IMG/VR virus record: IMGVR_UViG_3300028388_001810
Span: 1 to 36,638 of that record
Length of the DNA stretch: 36,638 nucleotides
Source of the DNA: a virus
Taxonomy: Duplodnaviria > Caudoviricetes
Direction: 5' to 3' (one strand)
Position numbers and translations under genes: made by a program. Below are positions 28,967-36,638 of this stretch, in pieces. Every line of letters begins with the position of its first letter. Positions within the stretch are counted from its first letter, which is position 1. The notes below the pieces were generated by a model, which saw nothing but the letters and a program-made list of their open reading frames with translations, had not been told where the DNA came from and searched no databases.

Positions 28967-29581
28967 ATGACAGACAAATTAAACGAAAAAAGCGGAATAC
29001 TACTACAAGGTCATATCAAAATTCATGAACCTGAAACTGGTAAAGTGCTTATTGATAAAAGAAATGCTATTCATTACGAAAACATGAGTATTTCTTTAGC
29101 TGAAAGTGCTGCCAATGCAGGACAAGGTTGGATTTATGAAATGGGGTTTGGTAATGGAGGAACAAGTGTCGATCCGACTGGCATTATTACCTATCTTACT
29201 CCAAATAGTACAGGAACAAATGCAAGTTTATATAACGAAACATTTACAAAAGTAGTAGACGATCGGTCAATCAATAATTTAGATCCTGCAAGAAATAAAA
29301 TAGAAACTAGACATGTAAGCGGCACAAACTATACTGACATTTTAGTCACTTGTTTGTTAGACTATGGCGAACCAAGTGGCCAAGACGCATTTGACACTGC
29401 AACAGATACCAACAGCTTGTTCATATTTGACGAGTTAGGGCTCAAAGCCTATTCACCATCAGGCGATGGTAGATTATTGACACACGTTATCTTCCATCCA
29501 GTACAAAAGAGTTTGAATAGATTGATTCAAATTGATTATACTGTACGAGTGCAGAGCTTAACAGGGTTCAACGAGGGGTAA
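28967..29581 (+). CDS. Putative baseplate/fibre-attachment structural protein
   Basis: 204 aa with AGGA SD and a late promoter. KRNAIHYEN, LDYGEP, FDELGL, THVIFHPVQKSLNR motifs. The function is inferred from position. Confidence 0.65.
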   Translation: MTDKLNEKSGILLQGHIKIHEPETGKVLIDKRNAIHYENMSISLAESAANAGQGWIYEMGFGNGGTSVDPTGIITYLTPNSTGTNASLYNETFTKVVDDRSINNLDPARNKIETRHVSGTNYTDILVTCLLDYGEPSGQDAFDTATDTNSLFIFDELGLKAYSPSGDGRLLTHVIFHPVQKSLNRLIQIDYTVRVQSLTGFNEG

Positions 29582-29585
29582 GTAA

Positions 29586-31733
29586 ATGGCATATACAATA
29601 CAGTTTACTGACAGTTCTAACAAAGATCCGATAGTTGTTGAAGACAGCACAATTAATACCGAAACTAGTTTAAGCCTGCCAGGAAGAAATTCTACAGGTT
29701 ATGGACAAGTCATAGCTGAAGACTTATTGCATTTATTAGAAAATTTTGCATCGCCTACAGAACCTAGTCGACCTGTAGAAGGACAACTTTGGTATAACAA
29801 TAATAATAATCAATTACTTATATATGATAGCACAAGTTGGATTCCATCGGGCGGATTAAGAAAAAGTGATACGCAGCCTGATCCAACTGAAGCACTAGAC
29901 GGCGATTTATGGGTAGATACAGACAATCAACAGCTTTATCTGTTTTCAGGATCAAATTGGATACTAGTTGGACCCACTTTTAGTGAAGGACTTTCTACAG
30001 GAACGTTTCCTAATACTATAGTAGGACAGGATAATGCAGAATATACAGTTATTGAAGTTCAAGTAAGTGCTCAAGTAGTTGCAATTATAGCATTTGACGA
30101 ATTTACTCCTAAAGCTACTATATCAGGACTAACCACAATAAAGCCAGGTATTAACCTTGCACAAGGAGGTTTGAACAATCCAAAGTATTATGGGGTAGCA
30201 GAAAAAGCAGAAGGCTTAATTGTTAATGATTTAGTTATTCCGGCAGCAAACTTTTTACGAGGTAATGCAGAATCTACTACAACATTTCCTATCAACGTGC
30301 AGAATAATGCAGGTATAGCATATGGCATCAATGCAGAAATGAACGTCGGTATTGAAGGACAGGCTGGAGTAATCCAGCATAATATCGAAGGATCTAATGT
30401 TGATGTTAGAGTTAGAAATTCTGGTGCTAGTAGAACTGTGTTGAGAGTTGACAGTAATTTGAGAGTAGGTATTAATAATGTTGCTCCTGACGAAGCATTA
30501 CATGTCACTGGAAATATTTTATCAAGCGGAACTATTAGGACTAATAACACTACAGAAAGCACAAACATCAGCGACGGTGCTCTTATTGTAAAAGGCGGTG
30601 CAGGTATAGCAAAGAGTTTGAATGTAGGCGAAAATGCACTTGTGCAAAAAACACTTACATTAGGCAATGTCGATTTGACTGTAGATACAACCGAAAGTGA
30701 TGTGCTACTGCCGGATAGTAATAATACTAGAGATATTGGCCGTCCTGACCTAAAATTTAGACGCATGCATGCCACTACTTTTATAGGCAATCTCGAGGGT
30801 GTAGTAAGTGGCGATGTATCTGGTAAAGCAGGCAGGGCGGACAGATTAACAACAGCCACAACATTCCGTTTAAGTGGCGATGTAGAAACAGTAGAAAATA
30901 GTTTTGACGGACAAACTGGAGGCGGCGTAAAGGATTTTAATGTTCAAATTAAAAATAGTCTTATTGCAGGTAAAACACTTGTAACAAATTCTCAAGGTGA
31001 TGATGAATTTATCCTTAACAGAACAAGCGGTCTTACAGGTTTAAAACGTATTTCAAGAGCCTCTTTATTTGCTGATATTTCCGGACTTACTCCAATAGGA
31101 AGTGTAATGCCGTTTGCAGGCACAGCTGAACCAGCAGGTTGGAAGTTTTGTAACGGACAAGAACTATCTCAAGGGTTGTATCAGGGATTATTTGAAATTA
31201 TTGGGTTTGCATATGGGCCAGAAAATGACCCAGATAATCCGTTAACGACTGGTTTCTTTAGAGTACCTGATTTGAGAGGTAGATTTCCGTTAGGTAACTT
31301 GGCAATGGGCGGAAATGCACCTCCGGTAACTTCCCCTGATACACGAGCCAGGGGCACCAATCCACAAACACTAGGAGCATCAGACGGTAGTGACGATGTG
31401 ACAATAGGTGTTGAAAACTTGCCGGAACACCATCACGATATGAAGGACCCAGACGGCAGGCAGTTTTTTGCGTTACGGGAATCTGTTGGTACAGGAGACA
31501 AGCCACCAGGAGTTTCTGATTCAAAATTTGTCGACGGTGCAGACAATTTGTCGGAAAGATTATCTAATTCTGGAAATATCAAGACCAGCTTTACAGATGC
31601 AGAGCTAGAAGGCTTTGACGAAGATGGCATTCCAATTACTGGTAATATAAGTTCGGTAGGTAATGCAATAGATGTTCTTAACCCGTATCAAACGATTAAT
31701 TATATAATTTACACAGGAAGAGTTGGAACATGA
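29586..31733 (+). CDS. Tail fibre protein with phage tail-collar domain
   Basis: Shared N-terminal module (GYG...LLENFAS...GQLWY). Collar motif PIGSVMPFAG...GWKFCNG...FRVPDLRGRFPLG at about 31090-31295. C-terminal NPYQTINYIIY. Confidence 0.85.
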   Translation: MAYTIQFTDSSNKDPIVVEDSTINTETSLSLPGRNSTGYGQVIAEDLLHLLENFASPTEPSRPVEGQLWYNNNNNQLLIYDSTSWIPSGGLRKSDTQPDPTEALDGDLWVDTDNQQLYLFSGSNWILVGPTFSEGLSTGTFPNTIVGQDNAEYTVIEVQVSAQVVAIIAFDEFTPKATISGLTTIKPGINLAQGGLNNPKYYGVAEKAEGLIVNDLVIPAANFLRGNAESTTTFPINVQNNAGIAYGINAEMNVGIEGQAGVIQHNIEGSNVDVRVRNSGASRTVLRVDSNLRVGINNVAPDEALHVTGNILSSGTIRTNNTTESTNISDGALIVKGGAGIAKSLNVGENALVQKTLTLGNVDLTVDTTESDVLLPDSNNTRDIGRPDLKFRRMHATTFIGNLEGVVSGDVSGKAGRADRLTTATTFRLSGDVETVENSFDGQTGGGVKDFNVQIKNSLIAGKTLVTNSQGDDEFILNRTSGLTGLKRISRASLFADISGLTPIGSVMPFAGTAEPAGWKFCNGQELSQGLYQGLFEIIGFAYGPENDPDNPLTTGFFRVPDLRGRFPLGNLAMGGNAPPVTSPDTRARGTNPQTLGASDGSDDVTIGVENLPEHHHDMKDPDGRQFFALRESVGTGDKPPGVSDSKFVDGADNLSERLSNSGNIKTSFTDAELEGFDEDGIPITGNISSVGNAIDVLNPYQTINYIIYTGRVGT

Positions 31734-33643
31734 GTTATCAGATAAACAAAACAAACGGTGAACTTCTAACCGAATTAGTAGATGGCTCAATTGATACTAC
31801 TACAACTGATTTGTCCCTTGTAGGCAGGAATTACAAAGGTTACGGAGAAGCGTTTAATGAGAACTTTGTATCCTTATTAGAAAATTTTGCCAGTAGTAGT
31901 GCGCCTAGTAATCCTTTAAAAGGACAATTATGGTACGATTTGAGTGATAACAGACTCAAAATCTACGACGGCTCTACATTTAGGACTGCTGGCGGCCCTA
32001 TTGTAGATCCTGATCAACCCACACAATTTGTAGAGGGCGACTTATGGATGGACAGTCGTAATAACAAGTTGTATATGTGGGACGGGTCTGATCTTACACT
32101 CGTAGGTCCAAATTATACTGCTGGGCAAGGAAAAACAACATTTGAAGCAGTGACTATGATCGATACTGCTAATCAATCAAGGACAATACTAGCTTTGTAT
32201 ATAGGCGGCATTTTAGCAGGAATTTTAAGCAGCACAGAATTTACGCCTGCAACGTCCAGTGCCATTGCTCCTTATGCTGTTGGTAGAGCAGTTAAAATAG
32301 GATTCAATCCTGTAAATACGGACACTTTCAAATATCAAGGCACAGCCGCTGCGGCCGATTCGTTGATAGACATTTCTGGAAATGAATTTACTAGTGCAGA
32401 TTTTGTAAGAACAAATGAACGAGACGAATCAGATAATATTGTAGATCAATCTATGCTAGGAGCATTATTTGTTAAAGGCACAAACGGTTTATCAGTAGGA
32501 GTTGGCGATACAACATATGGCACGTTCAAAGTACCTTTAACAGAAACTACTACAGTTATTGAAACCCAACAAACAAATGCTGATTTTGCAGTAAGGGTCA
32601 AGCAAGGTAGTGATAGTATAGATGCAATCACTGTTGATACAAGTTTAAGTAGAGTTGGTATTTTTAACAATATTCCTAGTTATAATTTAGATGTGACAGG
32701 AACAGGACATTTTACTAGCGATGTGACTATTGATGGAAATTTATTAGTCAGAGGTGATACAAGCTACTTTAATGTGTCAACTTTAAGAATAGAAGATCCA
32801 AATATAGAATTAGGATTATTAGATGACAGCACAGAAGGTGATGATGCCAATGCAGACGGCGGAGGCATAACTTTAAGATCTACAAACGGGTCTAAAGATA
32901 TACATTGGATTCAAAGCACAGGGAATTGGACCTCAAATCAAAATTTCGACCTAGGATTAGGTAAAGAGTATAGGATTGATAACACACAAGTATTAAGTAA
33001 AACTAAACTTGGAGACACTGTTACAACTGCTAACGGATTAACAAGTTTAGGAACACTAACTGCCTTGAGTGTGACTGGTAACGTTACACTAGGTGGAAAT
33101 ATTATAAACGCAAGTGCAATGGATATAACCACCGGAGGAACAATCACTCTAAATTCTGTTAGGCTTACAGGGTTAGATACTCCTACGGCAACGTCAGATG
33201 CAACTACAAAGGCTTATGTTGATAACGAAATTGCAACAATACCTACTAATTTTAGTTTAGATATTACAGCGTTAAGCAATCCAAATACGCCAGGTACAGG
33301 TGACGGACCGATTACCGATGTTAAAAATATTTTAGATGACATTTCTCCCGTAACGTCAGTTAATAATGGATCAGTAGCAAAGATTCATTGCGTATCCTAT
33401 TCAAGTTCTACAGTGGCCGGAATAACAGTCACAGTAGGCACTGATCCCGACACAACAAAAACCTTAACAAAATCATACATAGCAGTTGATAGTGCAGGGA
33501 CACAGAATGAAAGTGTTGTACAGGATATTGTAGCATCAAATACAGTAAGCGGCACATTTACACCTACTCCTACTAGATATACAATGGTATTTGAGGTACA
33601 AGGCGGTATCTGGGTGCATTCATCAACTAATAATTATACTTAA
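31730..33643 (+). CDS. Tail fibre/structural protein, paralogue 2
   Basis: Same N-terminal module (LVGRNYKGYGE...LLENFAS...GQLWYD). ADGGGITL and DATTKAYVD fibre motifs. ATGA overlap with the preceding gene. Confidence 0.8.
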   Translation: MSYQINKTNGELLTELVDGSIDTTTTDLSLVGRNYKGYGEAFNENFVSLLENFASSSAPSNPLKGQLWYDLSDNRLKIYDGSTFRTAGGPIVDPDQPTQFVEGDLWMDSRNNKLYMWDGSDLTLVGPNYTAGQGKTTFEAVTMIDTANQSRTILALYIGGILAGILSSTEFTPATSSAIAPYAVGRAVKIGFNPVNTDTFKYQGTAAAADSLIDISGNEFTSADFVRTNERDESDNIVDQSMLGALFVKGTNGLSVGVGDTTYGTFKVPLTETTTVIETQQTNADFAVRVKQGSDSIDAITVDTSLSRVGIFNNIPSYNLDVTGTGHFTSDVTIDGNLLVRGDTSYFNVSTLRIEDPNIELGLLDDSTEGDDANADGGGITLRSTNGSKDIHWIQSTGNWTSNQNFDLGLGKEYRIDNTQVLSKTKLGDTVTTANGLTSLGTLTALSVTGNVTLGGNIINASAMDITTGGTITLNSVRLTGLDTPTATSDATTKAYVDNEIATIPTNFSLDITALSNPNTPGTGDGPITDVKNILDDISPVTSVNNGSVAKIHCVSYSSSTVAGITVTVGTDPDTTKTLTKSYIAVDSAGTQNESVVQDIVASNTVSGTFTPTPTRYTMVFEVQGGIWVHSSTNNYT

Positions 33644-33644
33644 T

Positions 33645-33656
33645 GCGATAAATACA
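33645..33656 (+). promoter_or_regulatory. Late promoter GCGATAAATACA
   Basis: Intergenic, identical to 28939-28950, followed by AAGGGG SD. Confidence 0.72.
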
Positions 33657-33678
33657 CTACGCAAGGGGTTTTACAAAT

Positions 33679-35184
33679 ATGGCATACACTATAAACAGAT
33701 ACAATAATGCAACACTTACAGTTGTTGAAGATGGTACAATTGATCAAACTACAGACATAAAACTTGTAGGTAAGAATTATGCAGGATATGGTGAAATACA
33801 GAACGAAAATTTTGTATTCCTGTTAGAAAATTTCAGTGGTGCTAATCCGCCTCCAAAAGCAATTAGCGGTCAAGTTTGGTTTGACAGCGGAAATTCAAAA
33901 CTTAAATTTTACGACGGTAGCCAGTGGCGAACTACAGGTGGCGCAGAAATATCAGCCACACAACCTGCAGGGTTGTCCGAAGGTGACTTTTGGTGGGATA
34001 CAACCAACCAACAGTTATATGCATATAATGGAACAGATTTTGTACTTGTAGGACCCCAAGATGCTGGAGAAGGCATTACACAAATGCAAAGTCGTAGTGT
34101 CCGTGATACACAAGGATTGACAAAGAGTGTAATTGTTGCAACAATTAATGACGAAGAAATATTCGTTGTTAGTGGGGCACAGTTTACTATCGACAATTCA
34201 GATGCAGAAAATGCGATTCCTGGATTTGATGTTATAAGACAAGGGGTAACTCTTGTAAACACAATTAATGCCACAGACGGACAAACAAGTAGCGCACATA
34301 GATTCTGGGGCACAGCATCAAATGCTTTAAAACTTAACGGTTTAGATGCAAGTAGTTACGTTACAACAGGAAGCGGATCTGCCGATTTTTCAGAAATAGT
34401 TAATGTTCAAACCGATTCCGGAGTTGCAATAGGTGTAGGGCTCGATTTGAAATTATTTATCGAAAACGATAACCAAGGTGTAATTGCTAATGATGTAGGA
34501 AGTGTCTTAAAGTTTCGTGCAAAGCAAACTGGTGTAAATCAAAATATTATTCAATTACAACCAGGCAGCATCCTACCAGGACGCAACAATGCAGATACAG
34601 GCGTTAACAGCGTAACAATAGGCGCTAGTGGAAGTGAATTTACTAATGTCCATGCAACTACATTTACAGGAACTGCAACACAAGCAGATACACTTGTAGT
34701 AGGAGGAAGTGCAAGATCTGGAAATGTTGGATCAGCAGGCACTGCTACACCAAATACTGTTGCAGTAAGAGATGCCAGCGGCAATCTTAATGCTGTTCTT
34801 TTCCAAGGCACTGCAACTAGTGCAAGATATGCTGACCTTGCAGAAAAATACACAACAAAAGAAGACCTATCAGTAGGTACAGCAGTTGCAGTTTGCGATC
34901 ACGAAGATCACGAAGTTGAACCTGCTAGCGCAAGCCAAATGTGTGTTGGTGTTGTTTCTGCAGAACCTGCATACTTAATGAATAGCGACGCAAACGGTCA
35001 GGCAATTGGTCTAAAAGGTCGTGTACCTGTAAGAGTAAAAGGTCCTGTTCAAAAGGGACAAGCAATTTATGCTTGGAATGATGGTGTGTGTACTACAATA
35101 GAAACAAGTGGATTAGTTGGTATAGCATTAGAGTCTAACACTGACGAATCAGAAAAATTAATAGAGTGTGTTTTAAAAGTATAA
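33679..35184 (+). CDS. Tail fibre protein, paralogue 3, with C-terminal ADLAE domain (chaperone/peptidase-G2-like)
   Basis: Same N-terminal module. C-terminus YADLAEKY...GVVSAEPAYLMN...GRVPVRVKG...GIALE. Confidence 0.8.
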   Translation: MAYTINRYNNATLTVVEDGTIDQTTDIKLVGKNYAGYGEIQNENFVFLLENFSGANPPPKAISGQVWFDSGNSKLKFYDGSQWRTTGGAEISATQPAGLSEGDFWWDTTNQQLYAYNGTDFVLVGPQDAGEGITQMQSRSVRDTQGLTKSVIVATINDEEIFVVSGAQFTIDNSDAENAIPGFDVIRQGVTLVNTINATDGQTSSAHRFWGTASNALKLNGLDASSYVTTGSGSADFSEIVNVQTDSGVAIGVGLDLKLFIENDNQGVIANDVGSVLKFRAKQTGVNQNIIQLQPGSILPGRNNADTGVNSVTIGASGSEFTNVHATTFTGTATQADTLVVGGSARSGNVGSAGTATPNTVAVRDASGNLNAVLFQGTATSARYADLAEKYTTKEDLSVGTAVAVCDHEDHEVEPASASQMCVGVVSAEPAYLMNSDANGQAIGLKGRVPVRVKGPVQKGQAIYAWNDGVCTTIETSGLVGIALESNTDESEKLIECVLKV

Positions 35185-35187
35185 ATA
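35180..35187 (+). promoter_or_regulatory. Exact T4 late promoter TATAAATA
   Basis: Overlaps the Val codon and stop (GTA TAA) of the upstream fibre gene. Confidence 0.75.
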
Positions 35188-35225
35188 TGCTAATAACATT
35201 GTACTTTATACTAGGATAAAAAAAT

Positions 35226-36161
35226 ATGGCAAAATCAGCTGGTGATATAATTACAGAATTAGATTATAATACACTACAGAGTGATATAGAAGTGATTATG
35301 GGAACCCCCGCTGGAACAACCGACACAACTGCTACAGGGTATAATCAATCATTATCAAGCTCGCAAGTAAGTGTAGGTAATACAGTGACAGAAGCACAGT
35401 GGGATAATTTAAGAACTGATATCACTAAAGCATATGTACATCAATTTGGATCTGAAAATCCTCCAACTATTACAAATGTTACTACTTCTACAGTAGTTGG
35501 CGCGGCTGAATACAACCAATACGAAGCTTTGATTACAACGGTTTCGTCTGATCCTAATAGATATACACTTGCAGAAGATCAGTCTACAACAACTACTGCA
35601 CAAACAGCAACACTTGCTTCTGGGTGGAATGGCACACAAACACATGGTTTTACAGTAACATTTGCGAGTGCCAATGAAAGACGTGCGTTCTTTAATGCAG
35701 GCGGAAGTATTAAAATTGATTTATCTTTAGCATACACTGGCAGCGAAGAGAAAACACTCGACTGGCAAGAAATGATGGAAGATTTAGGCACAGTTAATTT
35801 TAATGTGAAGGAAACGACCGGAGGCGGCGGTTCTACAGTTGGTAATTATGATACAACAGGAACCTTTCAAACTATTGCTGTAGAAGATGGAACTAATCCG
35901 TATTCAGAAAATGATATTGCAGTACAAGTTAGGTCTAATAGTAATACTCAATTAGAATTTAGAATAAGATTAAGAGATGATGACGCAGGTGATAGACCTG
36001 ATCCCCCTGTGTCTCTTCCGCCCTACGGTCCAGTCGAAGACGAAAATGTAAAAGGTACAACAACTAGTGCAGTTTCGATCAGAAGACCCAGTGGATCTAA
36101 TGTCGCAGTACCTGCTCCTACGGTTGCAGCGGCAGCAGGAAGTACCTTTACTATAGCATAA
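35226..36161 (+). CDS. Putative virion structural protein
   Basis: 311 aa, Thr-rich, with AGGA SD and an upstream late promoter. QWDNLRTDI and RAFFNAGGSI motifs. Confidence 0.7.
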   Translation: MAKSAGDIITELDYNTLQSDIEVIMGTPAGTTDTTATGYNQSLSSSQVSVGNTVTEAQWDNLRTDITKAYVHQFGSENPPTITNVTTSTVVGAAEYNQYEALITTVSSDPNRYTLAEDQSTTTTAQTATLASGWNGTQTHGFTVTFASANERRAFFNAGGSIKIDLSLAYTGSEEKTLDWQEMMEDLGTVNFNVKETTGGGGSTVGNYDTTGTFQTIAVEDGTNPYSENDIAVQVRSNSNTQLEFRIRLRDDDAGDRPDPPVSLPPYGPVEDENVKGTTTSAVSIRRPSGSNVAVPAPTVAAAAGSTFTIA

Positions 36162-36165
36162 TCAC

Positions 36166-36194
36166 TTGACAAACTTCAAATCTGTTAGTATAAT
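36166..36194 (+). promoter_or_regulatory. Perfect-consensus sigma70 promoter
   Basis: TTGACA (36166-36171), 17-nt spacer, TATAAT (36189-36194), then GAGGAG SD. Confidence 0.88.
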
Positions 36195-36217
36195 AATTAC
36201 TAATAGAGGAGTTTTTT

Positions 36218-36565
36218 ATGGATGAACGTTTAGAAAAAGCATTAGAATTTTCTAATTATATGATTACGCTCAACAATCAGCGTAAACTTATACAAGAAAA
36301 GTTTCAAGAACAATCTATACATTATTATAATGGCAGCAAATTTGCTGTTACCCAGGATTTGATTGCGTTTGTGCAAAGTCTTATTTCACTAAATCAAACA
36401 AGTACTATTTTAATAGATGATAATGATATTCCTGTTGAAATTGAAGACTTACAACAGTTTGCCACAGACTTGTATAGCACATACTTTGAAGCAGCAAATA
36501 CATATCTTATAGAATACAATAAAATAAAGCAAAATAGAAGTGTAGAAGGCCTAATTAATTTATGA
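36218..36565 (+). CDS. Hypothetical protein (weakly DUF4376/fibre-chaperone-like)
   Basis: 115 aa with a strong SD. Pattern NGSKF...IDDNDIPVEIEDLQQF. The family call is tentative. Confidence 0.7.
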   Translation: MDERLEKALEFSNYMITLNNQRKLIQEKFQEQSIHYYNGSKFAVTQDLIAFVQSLISLNQTSTILIDDNDIPVEIEDLQQFATDLYSTYFEAANTYLIEYNKIKQNRSVEGLINL

Positions 36566-36638
36566 CAAAGGGTGTATTGCTTTTTGCACAAAACAATAGC
36601 CATATAGATTATATTAAACAGGCTCAATTTTGTGCTAG
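36562..36638 (+). CDS. Probable nucleotide-diphospho-sugar glycosyltransferase, 5' fragment
   Basis: ATGA overlap with the preceding gene. MTKGVLLFAQNNSHIDYIKQAQFCA resembles a GT-A first strand plus helix. Only 25 aa are visible. Confidence 0.5.
   Translation, partial: MTKGVLLFAQNNSHIDYIKQAQFCA

Noticed and set aside
30188-30859. 223-aa antisense ORF, and the other nested or antisense ORFs in the track
   Set aside because: Shadows of well-supported genes caused by codon bias. No motifs or SD.
29586-36161. Diversity-generating retroelement or invertible fibre cassette
   Set aside because: No reverse transcriptase, recombinase, adenine-variant repeat pair or flanking inverted repeats were seen in the window.
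1-36638. CRISPR array, tRNA, rRNA, intrinsic terminators, inteins
   Set aside because: Intergenic spaces are very short. No repeat-spacer pattern, cloverleaf, GC-rich stem plus U-tract, or intein splice motifs were recognised by eye.

Overview
This AT-rich window (roughly 35% GC, estimated by eye) comes from a large T4-related myophage. Gene order and sizes resemble the jumbo RaK2/GAP32-like group or its uncultured aquatic relatives (inference). The minus-strand arm (1-4078) holds a partial GIY-YIG protein, a small helical protein, the gp46/gp47 (Rad50/Mre11-like) recombination nuclease and the gp55-like late sigma factor. The plus-strand arm (4157-36638) is a baseplate/tail cluster: a gp48/gp54-like gene broken by a frameshift, gp53-like, hub, gp5-like spike, gp25, gp6, a 5046-aa multidomain virion protein, three paralogous fibre proteins, further structural genes and the start of a probable glycosyltransferase. 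Regulation is readable in the DNA, with three (near-)perfect sigma70 promoters and recurring TAAATA late promoters that often reuse the upstream stop codon. Highlights are the sigma70 promoter of the late sigma gene sitting back-to-back with a late promoter, a repeated TACGCAC-N14-TAAATA element, one clear frameshift and one suspected deletion in core genes, and the modular giant protein. No tRNA, rRNA, CRISPR array or IS element was recognised. All family assignments come from motif recognition, not database searches.
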